Part shown: positions 9,337 to 18,503 of the stretch, piece by piece
Layout of the letters: each line of letters opens with the position of its first letter
Position numbering within the stretch: the first letter of the stretch is position 1
From: Bacilli bacterium
Lineage (GTDB): Bacteria; Bacillota_I; Bacilli_A; ML615J-28; CAG-313
Direction of reading: 5' to 3'
Length of the DNA: 40,108 bases
Assembly: GCA_045653225.1 (NCBI GenBank)
Contig: JAZOLP010000043.1
Span: 1 to 40,108, forward strand
Translations under genes and position numbers: made by a program
Notes under the pieces: model-generated
Told to the model about the DNA's origin: nothing
What the model saw: the letters and a program-made list of their open reading frames with translations, nothing else
The model's database searches: none

Positions 9337-10197
9337 ATGAAAAAACCAACTATTGCGTTATTATATGATTTCGATAAAACTTTATCTGGAAAAGATCAAC
9401 AAGAATATACTTTTATTCCTAGTTTAGGTATGACAGCTTCTGAATTTTGGGGTGGAGCCGATAGAATAGCTCGTGAAAATAATATGGATAGAATTCTTGC
9501 ATATATGTTTTTGATGATTAAACAAGCAAGAAGAAAAGATGTTGAGATTAATCGAAAAGCTTTTGAAGCATTAGGTACAGATGTTGAATTATTACCTGGT
9601 GTTAAAACATGGTTTAAACGTATTAATGAATATGGAAAAAGTAAGGGTGTCAAAATCGAACATTATATTATTTCATCTGGACTTAAAGAAATAATGGAAG
9701 GTACACCAATTGCTAAATACTTTAAAAAAATTTATGCATGCGAATTTCATTACAATACAAATGGTAATGCAGACTGGCCTGCACAAGTAGTTAATTATAC
9801 AACAAAAACTCAATTCATTTTTAGAATTTCAAAAGGGGCTTTAGATTTACATGATGATTCTGTTGTGAACTCCTATGTTCCTGCGACATCTAGAAGTGTT
9901 CCATACACTAATATGATATATATAGGTGACGGATTAACTGATGTACCTTGTATGAAGTTAGTTAGGGATAGAGGTGGAGAATCCATTGCTTTATATCATG
10001 GTAAACAAAAGGATAGAGTACAAAAATTATTAGTTGAAAATCGTGTTGGCTTTATTTGTTCAGCAAATTATTCTAAAAATAGTGAGTTAGATAATACTGT
10101 TAAAAAGATTATTGATAAAATGGTAATTGCTGATGAACTTGCAAGAGAACATGAATTACAATATAATGAAGCTATTACACCAAAAGAAAGTAAATAA
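9337..10197 (+). CDS. HAD-superfamily (IB-like) hydrolase
   Basis: Motif I DFDKT, motif II ISSG, motif IV GDGLTD. Confidence 0.75.
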   Translation: MKKPTIALLYDFDKTLSGKDQQEYTFIPSLGMTASEFWGGADRIARENNMDRILAYMFLMIKQARRKDVEINRKAFEALGTDVELLPGVKTWFKRINEYGKSKGVKIEHYIISSGLKEIMEGTPIAKYFKKIYACEFHYNTNGNADWPAQVVNYTTKTQFIFRISKGALDLHDDSVVNSYVPATSRSVPYTNMIYIGDGLTDVPCMKLVRDRGGESIALYHGKQKDRVQKLLVENRVGFICSANYSKNSELDNTVKKIIDKMVIADELAREHELQYNEAITPKESK

Positions 10198-10208
10198 TAA
10201 CTTTTATA

Positions 10209-10946
10209 ATGGAAAACTTAAATAAAAGATTGACTTTCGCGATAGATAGAGCAATGGTAGATGCAAAAAAAGATACTATAGGTTTATTAAAGGAACATAC
10301 ATTGCATAGAGTTCTAAAGTTCTTTATTTCATCTAATGAATCAAATCACGAGATTAAAATTGGAAGAATGTTCGCTGATGTTGTTATAGACAATAATATA
10401 TATGAGATACAAACAAAATCCTTTAATGCTATGCGAAAGAAATTAGAAGTTTTTTTAAAAGATTATAATGTAACTATATGTTATCCAATTGCTTTAAATA
10501 AAAACATTTATTTAACTGATAATTATGGAGAACTCATTTCAAATAAGAAAAGCCCTAAACATGGAAATCCACTTGAAATATTTTGGGAGTTATATAAAAT
10601 TAAAGATTTTTTATTAAATGACAATCTTCATTTTAAAATTATTATGTTAGATATTGATGAATTTAGAGTAAAAAAAGAAAAATCTTGGAAAAATAGAAAA
10701 GGTTTTGAAAGAGAAAATCAAATACCTAGAAGAATTAATCAAATTTTTGACATAAATACTCCATTAGATTTTAAAAAAATTTTATTAAATTATAATTTAA
10801 ATGAAACTTTTACGTCAAAATACTTTTCAAAAGCAACTAAACTTACAATAAAAAAAGCGACAACAGCTTTAAATGTTTTAAATTATTTAAATGTTGTAGA
10901 AAGAATTGGAAAAGATAAAAATAGTTATTTATACAAAATTGTATAA
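10209..10946 (+). CDS. hypothetical protein, probably a PD-(D/E)XK-like nuclease fold with a C-terminal winged-helix-like tail
   Basis: FADVVIDNNIYEIQTKS resembles a D..E-x-Q/K restriction-endonuclease-like core, and the C-terminal segment LNYLNVVERIGKDKNSYLYKIV looks like wHTH. No SD before the ATG. Confidence 0.4.
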   Translation: MENLNKRLTFAIDRAMVDAKKDTIGLLKEHTLHRVLKFFISSNESNHEIKIGRMFADVVIDNNIYEIQTKSFNAMRKKLEVFLKDYNVTICYPIALNKNIYLTDNYGELISNKKSPKHGNPLEIFWELYKIKDFLLNDNLHFKIIMLDIDEFRVKKEKSWKNRKGFERENQIPRRINQIFDINTPLDFKKILLNYNLNETFTSKYFSKATKLTIKKATTALNVLNYLNVVERIGKDKNSYLYKIV

Positions 10947-11028
10947 ATAACTTTTTTCTTATAATTTAAAATATAAATAGACAGAAAATATATATTATGT
11001 TATAATAATAGAAAAGGAAGTGCTTAAT

Positions 11029-13809
11029 ATGAAAAAAATTATTTTTCGTTTATTATTGCTTGGAATATTTTTCGCTACTCTTTTTTCATGTAGACATACA
11101 CATTCTACTAATGAATATGTAGTTGATCCAACTTGCACACAAGATGGTTATAAAGTTATTGAAACTTGTTGTAAGGAACCTATAATAAATGTTATACCTG
11201 CATTAGGACATAACTATGTTGATGGTATTTGTAAAACTTGTAGTGAGAAAGAGGAATTACGTATAACTATAATAAATGGTACTGAATCAAATTATATTAC
11301 TTTAAAATATGGAGAAGTTATTAATGTTTCCAATTATGATTTTTTAAATATTAATAATGAATATTTTGAAGGTTGGTACAAAGATGGTAAATTATATGAC
11401 TTTAATGATATTATAACAACTTCATTTACTTTAACAGCTAAATATTTTGATACTGTAACTGTGACTTTTCAAGATGATGATGGAACGATTTTAGATGTAA
11501 AAACAATATTGAAAAATGATAGTATTATAAACAGTATAGTTCCTTTCAAAGAATATTATGAGTTTATAGGATGGGATAAATCATTAAATAATATTGAAAA
11601 TGATTTAACTGTAACTGCACTTTATAAATTAAAAAAGACTCAGTTTAATATTGAATACAATATAGATAATTCTTTATTATATTATTCTTCAAAAGAAGAT
11701 TTATTAAATGATTTTTTAAAAGATTTTTATGATTTTGTAAATCCAGATATTTCATTTCATGCATTTTGTAATGGAATAGAGGGTAGTGATCCAGTTTGGA
11801 CAAATTATATAGGAGGTAGTTTCAGCAATAATAATTTTTTAATTTATAATAATAGTATAGATTTAGATGATGATAATTACTTCTTTAATAGTAGTAAGTA
11901 TAAAACTAAATGGTATAAATTATCAAGTTATGTTAAAAATTATATATGTAAATCAAACAAACGATTTGGGTATGAAAATGTTGAATATCATTTTGGAGCA
12001 TTAGATTTTTATCGCTATATGACAAATAATCCCGATAAATATGTAGATGTATATGGTGGCGAAACATTATTTCATGGATATCCATTAAACGATGTTAATC
12101 TAATAACATCATATGAATATAACAAAGAAGATATAATATTATATCAACCAAGTAATAAAAGTTTTGGTGGTTGGTATAAGGACGATAATTTTACAGATGG
12201 TCCATATACTATAATAGATTCAAATAGTGTTGGTGATATAGTCTTATATGCAAAAACAGTAACAAATTATATATATAAAATAGAGTTTGATACAAAAACT
12301 TCTCAAACATTAAAACCAATATATTTAGAAGAAAATGAAGGAATTACTTTACCTACTTTATTTAAAGACGGATCGGATTTCTTAGGTTGGTATTTAGATT
12401 ATGAAGAAATTACAAATGGATTTGTATTTCAATCTAATGCGTGTCTTGTTGCTAAATGGGATGACCCTGATGTTATAGAAAACAATTATATTGTTTACAA
12501 TGGCAAAACTATTACATATAGAAATAGTTATGTTGCGGTAGAAATCCCAGATACATATGTGGAAAAAGACACTGAACTTAGAGCTTGTTGGGTTTCATCA
12601 TTTGTAAATAACTTTACACCTTCTGTAAATAAAGAAAAAATGATAAATGAGTTAACATATGTATTGGATATGATTGAAAGTATGAATATGAACTGTTTAA
12701 TTTTTCATGTTAGAACTCATAACAATGCTTTTTATCAAACTAATTTAGCACCAATTCCATCAAATTATGGAACATATGAGTCTTTTGAAGACTGGGATTA
12801 TTTAAAATGGTTGATTAATGAATGTCATAATAGAGGAATTGAATTTCATGCATGGTTAAATCCTTATCGTATCAAATTGTATGGTGTTTCATATGAAGAT
12901 AATGCTCAAATTGTTTCTAATGAATATTCTGATTATCCTTTAAATCATGCTAGTAATCCTGATAATATTTTACTAACTTATTATACTAATGCATCAGGTG
13001 GTGCTATTTTGAATCCAGCAAAGCAAGTTGTTCAAGATTATATTGTAAATGTTTGTTTAGAACTTGCTTTAAAATATAATATTGATGCAATTCATTTTGA
13101 TGATTACTTTTATCAAAGATTATCATATGATAATAATATTTTGGAAGAAGCTAATCAAAATGATTATCTAGAATTTATAAATAATAATCCAGGAATTTTT
13201 AATCCTTCAAGTGAAACAGATAAGGAAAATTGGCGAAGAATGAATGTAAACAATTTAATAGAAAAAATTCATATTGCTTTATCTTTATTTAATTATGATA
13301 ATAATAAAAATATTAAATTTGGTATATCACCAACTGCAACCTATAAAAGTGGTGATGGTAGTGTAGAATCTGGATCTAATACAGGTGGTGGGGGCCACTA
13401 TAATAAATATTTATATGCTGATACAGTTAAATGGATAAACGAAGAATGGATTGATTATATTATCCCTCAATGTTATACATCATTTAATTATACAAACTTT
13501 AGTTTTCACGAGATAACTTCTTGGTGGAACAAAGTAGTAGATGGTAAGAATTGTAACTTATATATAGGTATGGGACTTTATAATTCTTATGAAAGTGATT
13601 ATTCATATTCCTGGAAAACTGAACCTGATGAGCTTATTAATCAGCTTTTATATTTAAATACTTTAAAGAATGTAAAAGGTGTTGCTTTATATAGTTTTAG
13701 TTCCATGAAAACTATTTTCAATAATACTAATATTATTTCTCATTCTGCTTTTATGAAACTAAAAAATGAATTGTGGTTAAATAAAACGAAGGTACCCTAT
13801 AATGAGTAA
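11029..13809 (+). CDS. large surface lipoprotein: Cys-rich N-module, GWY-type (Listeria-Bacteroides/Flg_new-like) repeats, C-terminal GHL10/YngK-like glycoside-hydrolase-like domain
   Basis: Signal peptide with lipobox LFSC. Repeated F.GWY/F.GWD segments. The C-terminal half (CLIFHVRTHNNAFY, HAWLNPYR, IHFDDYFY) resembles glycosyl hydrolase-like family 10. ATG 11029 follows AAGGAAG. Confidence 0.7.
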   Translation: MKKIIFRLLLLGIFFATLFSCRHTHSTNEYVVDPTCTQDGYKVIETCCKEPIINVIPALGHNYVDGICKTCSEKEELRITIINGTESNYITLKYGEVINVSNYDFLNINNEYFEGWYKDGKLYDFNDIITTSFTLTAKYFDTVTVTFQDDDGTILDVKTILKNDSIINSIVPFKEYYEFIGWDKSLNNIENDLTVTALYKLKKTQFNIEYNIDNSLLYYSSKEDLLNDFLKDFYDFVNPDISFHAFCNGIEGSDPVWTNYIGGSFSNNNFLIYNNSIDLDDDNYFFNSSKYKTKWYKLSSYVKNYICKSNKRFGYENVEYHFGALDFYRYMTNNPDKYVDVYGGETLFHGYPLNDVNLITSYEYNKEDIILYQPSNKSFGGWYKDDNFTDGPYTIIDSNSVGDIVLYAKTVTNYIYKIEFDTKTSQTLKPIYLEENEGITLPTLFKDGSDFLGWYLDYEEITNGFVFQSNACLVAKWDDPDVIENNYIVYNGKTITYRNSYVAVEIPDTYVEKDTELRACWVSSFVNNFTPSVNKEKMINELTYVLDMIESMNMNCLIFHVRTHNNAFYQTNLAPIPSNYGTYESFEDWDYLKWLINECHNRGIEFHAWLNPYRIKLYGVSYEDNAQIVSNEYSDYPLNHASNPDNILLTYYTNASGGAILNPAKQVVQDYIVNVCLELALKYNIDAIHFDDYFYQRLSYDNNILEEANQNDYLEFINNNPGIFNPSSETDKENWRRMNVNNLIEKIHIALSLFNYDNNKNIKFGISPTATYKSGDGSVESGSNTGGGGHYNKYLYADTVKWINEEWIDYIIPQCYTSFNYTNFSFHEITSWWNKVVDGKNCNLYIGMGLYNSYESDYSYSWKTEPDELINQLLYLNTLKNVKGVALYSFSSMKTIFNNTNIISHSAFMKLKNELWLNKTKVPYNE

Positions 13810-13846
13810 AAAAACTCCAGTGAAATTACACTGGAGTATTTTTTAT
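13808..13846. terminator. bidirectional terminator shared by convergent genes
   Basis: ACTCCAGTG-aaatta-CACTGGAGT flanked by an A-run and a T-run. Confidence 0.8.
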
Positions 13847-14118
13847 TCATTTGTAGAGTTTAAAGCTTCTAAAATTGCTTTTGATAATTGATCAGCACAA
13901 CTTGTCGAACGAGGTCCACAAGTGTTACCACTTAATACATTTGCTATTTCATTAGCATTTTTGCCTTCAACTAATTTAGAAATAGCTCTTAAGTTTCCTG
14001 GGCATCCCCCTAAGAAACCTAAATTATAAATGTTGTTATTTTCATCAAGGTCAAAACTAATCATTTTTGTACAAACACCGCTTGCTTTATATTCTACATG
14101 TCTTAAATTTTCTTGCAT
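13843..14118 (-). CDS. TSCPD-domain protein (TIGR03905-like)
   Basis: GVCTK..ISFDL, FLGGCPGNLRAISKLVEG, STSCADQL. GGAGGA SD. Confidence 0.75.
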   Translation of the reverse strand: MQENLRHVEYKASGVCTKMISFDLDENNNIYNLGFLGGCPGNLRAISKLVEGKNANEIANVLSGNTCGPRSTSCADQLSKAILEALNSTNE

Positions 14119-14187
14119 GTTAGTCCTCCTAATTTATAGTAATAAAATTATACTAAAATTTTGAGTTTATTTCAAAACTATTGCAAC

Positions 14188-14217
14188 AAAAAAAGCTCTT
14201 AAAAAAGAGCTTTTTGT
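14188..14217 (-). terminator. intrinsic terminator of the SASP gene
   Basis: AAAAAGCTCTT-aaaa-AAGAGCTTTTT. Confidence 0.7.
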
Positions 14218-14229
14218 TATTTTTGTTGT

Positions 14230-14430
14230 TTATTTACCTGACATATTGCTTTGAGCCATTGAAACTAAACGACGTGTGATTTCTCCACCAACGCTTCCGT
14301 TTTGACGTGCTGTTGCATCAGGACCTAGGTTAACACCAAGTTCATTTGCAATTTCATACTTCATTTGAGATAAAGCATTTTCAGCACCAGGTACAACCAA
14401 TTTTTGTTTTCCTGTGTAAGATGAGTTCAT
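14230..14430 (-). CDS. alpha/beta-type small acid-soluble spore protein
   Basis: [24 protein letters not shown] and [12 protein letters not shown] are the two conserved SASP blocks. ATG 14430 follows GGAGGTG. Confidence 0.9.
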   Translation of the reverse strand: MNSSYTGKQKLVVPGAENALSQMKYEIANELGVNLGPDATARQNGSVGGEITRRLVSMAQSNMSGK

Positions 14431-14451
14431 TGTTTTCACCTCCTGTAAAAA

Positions 14452-14480
14452 TAGTATGTGTAGAAAATTACTAATTAAAC
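14452..14480 (-). promoter_or_regulatory. candidate forespore (sigma-G type) promoter of the SASP gene
   Basis: The minus strand reads GTTTA-17 nt-CATACTA. The -10 fits CATxHTA exactly and the -35 fits GHATR in 4 of 5 positions. Confidence 0.35.
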
Positions 14481-14507
14481 TAAAATTCTACTTACCAATT
14501 TTTTACA

Positions 14508-15725
14508 TTAGAAGATGTCATCATTTTGATTAAATAAATCAAGATGTTTATTACTTTTAATAACTAATGTATTAGTTTCTTCAACAGCTTTAGTTATTAA
14601 TGTTTCAAAGTCAAAGCGATTTTCTTCTTCACGAGCTTTAGTATTTAAAGGTTTAATTTGAGGATGTTTTGGTACAAAAACTGTACAACAATCTTCATAT
14701 GGTCGAATAGAAATATCATAAGTGTCTATTTGATTTGCTATTTTAATAATTTCACTTTTATCAAATGTTGCTAAAGGACGAATAATTGGCATATTCGTAA
14801 CTTCACCGATTGTAGACATGCTCTCAAGTGTTTGACTAGCAACTTGACCAATAGATTCACCATTTAAAATAGCTAAACATTTATGTTTTTCTGCAAGACG
14901 TGTTGTTATACGATACATCATTCTGCGCATAATAGTAATACCGTAATCTTCTCTACAACATTCATAAATTTTTGTTTGAATTTCTGTGAATGGTACAATA
15001 TGAAGATTAATGCTTTGGTATTCAGTATAAGGAGTTAATTTTTCTAATAAATCTATAACTTTTTGTACAGCTAAATCTGAAGTATAAGGTGGTGCTGCAA
15101 AGTGTACTGCTTCAACAGACATTCCCTTTTTAATAGTCAAATATCCTGCAACTACGCTATCAATACCACCTGAAACCATTAACATTACTTTGCCAATAGA
15201 ACCTGAAGGCATTCCACCCATTCCCATTATTATATTTGTAAAAATGAATGTACCTTCATATCTAACATCTAAATGTAGAGTAAGTTCTGGATTGTGAACA
15301 TCTGCTTTTAGTCCTTCTATTCTTCTAAATAAGTTTCGACTTACTTCCTTAGTAATATCTAAAGACGTCATAGGGAAATGTTTGTCTCCACGATTTGTGT
15401 CAACTTTAATTGTTTTCATGCCAGATTTGAATTCTTCTCTTAGTAGATTTTCTGCAAGATCAACAATATCATCAATATTTGAATTACATTTTGAAACTAC
15501 TGAGAATGAATAAATACCAGGGATTTTCTTTAATATTTCAATGATTTCAGTTGGCTCAGTATTATTTAAGATAATATAAAATCTTAAACCTCTACTATCA
15601 TATTCAAGATTCTCATATCCTTCTAAAGCTCTTTTAATGCTTTTATTAATTCTATTTATAAATTGTTTTCGATTACTTTTTTTAAGTGCAAGTTCACCGT
15701 ATCTTATTAAAATATGATCTGCCAT
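14508..15725 (-). CDS. thiI: tRNA 4-thiouridine synthase ThiI
   Basis: THUMP-like N-terminus and PP-loop SGGIDS. Typical pairing with an upstream cysteine desulfurase. Confidence 0.92.
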   Translation of the reverse strand: MADHILIRYGELALKKSNRKQFINRINKSIKRALEGYENLEYDSRGLRFYIILNNTEPTEIIEILKKIPGIYSFSVVSKCNSNIDDIVDLAENLLREEFKSGMKTIKVDTNRGDKHFPMTSLDITKEVSRNLFRRIEGLKADVHNPELTLHLDVRYEGTFIFTNIIMGMGGMPSGSIGKVMLMVSGGIDSVVAGYLTIKKGMSVEAVHFAAPPYTSDLAVQKVIDLLEKLTPYTEYQSINLHIVPFTEIQTKIYECCREDYGITIMRRMMYRITTRLAEKHKCLAILNGESIGQVASQTLESMSTIGEVTNMPIIRPLATFDKSEIIKIANQIDTYDISIRPYEDCCTVFVPKHPQIKPLNTKAREEENRFDFETLITKAVEETNTLVIKSNKHLDLFNQNDDIF

Positions 15726-15726
15726 T

Positions 15727-16845
15727 TTAATTACTCCCTATTTTCTTTATATTATTTATTAATAAATCTAATTCCATAACACTTGTGTTTGTCGAAATGC
15801 TTATTCTAATTGTGTTTACTGCAAGACTATTATCTTCTAATGTATAAATTAGTGTTTTTTCTTGGTCTTTTGAATGAGAGTTACAAGCTGAACCAGTTCC
15901 AACAAAAATATTATTTTGTTCTAAAGTATGTAATGCAGTTTCTCCTTTTACTTTTTTAAATGTAATACTTAAAATATAAGGTGATGAATAGATTGATTTA
16001 TTTAATATAATATGTTGTTCATTTTGTAATGCTTTAACCAAATAGTTATATTTTTCTTTTACATTATTAAACTTATCATCTATGTTCGAAACAGCAAGTT
16101 GTAATGTTTTTGCCATAACAACAGCCCCAGCTAAATCAACAGTACCAGGTCTTATTCCTTCTTGTTGATGGCCTCCTTTTAAAAATGATAAATGTAATTT
16201 ATCATTATATATTAAAAGACCTGTTCCTTTCAAACCTTCTAATTTATGACCACTAATTGTTAATAAGTCAATATCGTTTAGGTTAAAATTCGGTGTAATT
16301 TTTCCAATCCCTTGAACAGCATCAACATGAAGCTTTAATCTTGGAAATTTTTTTACTAAATCGATTACTTTTTCGATTGGTTGAATAGTACCAATAATAT
16401 TATTAACCCACATAATAGAAACTAATACAGTATCATTTGTAATAGAATTATTTAATTCATCTATATTTATTATACCATCTTTATTAGGAATTAAATAAGT
16501 TACTTTGAATCCTCTTTTTTCTAAATCTTTATAAACATTTAATACAGATGCGTGCTCTAAATATGTTGTTATAATATGTTTTGGTTCATTATAATATTGT
16601 GATAAAATCCCATAAATTGCTGTATTGTTTGCTTCAGTGGCACCAGAAGTAAATAATACATTTTTATTTTTTAATTTTAAAGAATCTAGAACAACTTTAC
16701 TAGATTTATCAAGTAATGCGTGGGCTTTTACTCCATCAATATACATTCCTTCTGTATTACACCAATATTCTTGGTTGATTCTCATATGTAAATCTAGTAA
16801 TTCTTTTTTTGGTTTAGTTGTTGCTGTATAATCAAAATAAATCAT
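15727..16845 (-). CDS. class V aminotransferase / cysteine desulfurase (NifS/NifZ-like)
   Basis: IYFDYTATT, the SGHKL PLP-lysine motif, and the GSACNS active-site Cys loop. Start re-set to ATG 16845. Confidence 0.88.
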   Translation of the reverse strand: MIYFDYTATTKPKKELLDLHMRINQEYWCNTEGMYIDGVKAHALLDKSSKVVLDSLKLKNKNVLFTSGATEANNTAIYGILSQYYNEPKHIITTYLEHASVLNVYKDLEKRGFKVTYLIPNKDGIINIDELNNSITNDTVLVSIMWVNNIIGTIQPIEKVIDLVKKFPRLKLHVDAVQGIGKITPNFNLNDIDLLTISGHKLEGLKGTGLLIYNDKLHLSFLKGGHQQEGIRPGTVDLAGAVVMAKTLQLAVSNIDDKFNNVKEKYNYLVKALQNEQHIILNKSIYSSPYILSITFKKVKGETALHTLEQNNIFVGTGSACNSHSKDQEKTLIYTLEDNSLAVNTIRISISTNTSVMELDLLINNIKKIGSN

Positions 16846-16924
16846 TTTATCACTGTCTCCAAATTTAATTATATCATAAAAACAGATATTCTTCAATCAA
16901 AAGAAAATGATTAAAATAATTTTA

Positions 16925-16953
16925 TTGCAATATCATCAAAAATATGATATAAT
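16925..16953 (+). promoter_or_regulatory. sigma-A type promoter
   Basis: TTGCAA-17 nt-TATAAT. Confidence 0.55.
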
Positions 16954-16974
16954 TTATAAAAAGAGGTGAATACT

Positions 16975-17709
16975 ATGAGTGATTTTGAATATCAAATTCC
17001 TGATACATATGAAGAAGCTGTTGCGAGAAAAGCATATGTTTTAAAGTTAATTAATGAATACAACGAGGCTTTATTATTAGATAAAGAACTTCCTTGTACT
17101 GAAGAAGAAATTGATAGACTTCAAGAAGAATATCAAATTTTAAATGATCACTTAGAATTGACAGAAGAAGAAAGAATAAGTAAATTAAAAGATTCTGATA
17201 AAATCGTTAATGAGGATGGTACAGTAGTAGAAAAAACATCTTTCCTTGATAATATTCATTGGGGTGTTATGTTATATATTATTTTCACACTTGTTTGTTT
17301 ATTCGGCATGCCTTTTTTAGTTAAACCTATTGGTGGTGCTGTTGTAGACAATATGATTAGTAAATTCTTATATGATTGTCTATGGGAAAAAGCTGTTGGT
17401 ATGTACGATCTTGCTAAGAGTGAATTTATGTGGACTGATTTTCAATATTGGTCAAGAGTTGCTCTAGCTTATTTATGGTTACCATTACTTTTAATTGTAA
17501 TTTCTGTTGCAATTTATTTTGTATATAGAAGAAAAAATGATTTAAATACAAAAATTACAAAGTATTTAATTTTTGTGAATATCTTTATTGTAGTATTATC
17601 CATTGGTATTGTTTTATTAAAAGGCGAGATTAAAGACTTAGCTGCTCGTTATGAAGATTTATGGATGGAATATGCTGTTTATTATTATTCAGAATTAGGT
17701 TCTCAATAA
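16975..17709 (+). CDS. hypothetical membrane protein (acidic N-terminal region, 3-4 TM)
   Basis: AGAGGTG SD before ATG 16975. No recognisable motif. Confidence 0.55.
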   Translation: MSDFEYQIPDTYEEAVARKAYVLKLINEYNEALLLDKELPCTEEEIDRLQEEYQILNDHLELTEEERISKLKDSDKIVNEDGTVVEKTSFLDNIHWGVMLYIIFTLVCLFGMPFLVKPIGGAVVDNMISKFLYDCLWEKAVGMYDLAKSEFMWTDFQYWSRVALAYLWLPLLLIVISVAIYFVYRRKNDLNTKITKYLIFVNIFIVVLSIGIVLLKGEIKDLAARYEDLWMEYAVYYYSELGSQ

Positions 17710-17710
17710 A

Positions 17711-18478
17711 ATGATAAAGGAAATTACATCTGTTAATAATTCTTATGTTAAAGAGTTATTGAGTTTAAAAGAAAAAACTATTAGAAATGAATTAAAATTA
17801 TTTCTTGTTGAAGGATATCATTTAGTAGAAGAAGCTTTAAAACATCAATCTTTAAAAGCTGTTCTTTGTAGTGATGTTAATGTGCTTAACAATTTTGATA
17901 TTAATGAAAAATATTTAGTTAGTGATGCTGTTATAAAAAAACTATCAACAACGAAAAATCCTCAAAATATTATTGGTGTGGTTAATTCGATAACAAATAA
18001 AAATTTAGATATTATTCTATCTAAAGATGATGTTAAATTAATTATTTTAGATAATGTAAATGACCCTGGAAATTTAGGTACAATTATAAGAACTGCTGCA
18101 GCATTAGGATTTGATGCGGTAATATCAAGTAATGAAACTGTTGATTATTATAATGAAAAAGTATTACGTGCAACTCAGGGTGCTATCTTTAAGATTCCTT
18201 TATTTAAATGTGGATTAGTTTATTTAATCAATAAGCTAAAACAAAATAGTATAAAAGTTTATGGAACAAGTTTAAAATCTTCAATTAGTGTTTATGAAGT
18301 TAATAAGGAAGGAAAACTTGCTGTTGTTGTTGGAAATGAAGGTCAAGGAGTTAGTGATCAAGTTTTAAATGTCTGTGATCAAAATGTAATTCTTCCAATG
18401 AATAATGACGTTGAAAGTTTAAATGTTAGCATTGCTGCAGCACTTTTAATGTGGGAATTTAGTAAAAAAAACCTATAA
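17711..18478 (+). CDS. TrmH/SpoU-family RNA 2'-O-methyltransferase
   Basis: DNVNDPGNLGTIIRTA, VVGNEGQGVS and ESLNVSIAAALL SPOUT motifs. Confidence 0.85.
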   Translation: MIKEITSVNNSYVKELLSLKEKTIRNELKLFLVEGYHLVEEALKHQSLKAVLCSDVNVLNNFDINEKYLVSDAVIKKLSTTKNPQNIIGVVNSITNKNLDIILSKDDVKLIILDNVNDPGNLGTIIRTAAALGFDAVISSNETVDYYNEKVLRATQGAIFKIPLFKCGLVYLINKLKQNSIKVYGTSLKSSISVYEVNKEGKLAVVVGNEGQGVSDQVLNVCDQNVILPMNNDVESLNVSIAAALLMWEFSKKNL

Positions 18479-18503
18479 CAAAAATGTTATAGGTTATTTT
18501 TTT
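18464..18503. terminator. bidirectional terminator
   Basis: AACCTATAACA-aaaa-TGTTATAGGTT flanked by an A-run and a T-run. It overlaps the stop codon at 18476-18478. Confidence 0.8.
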
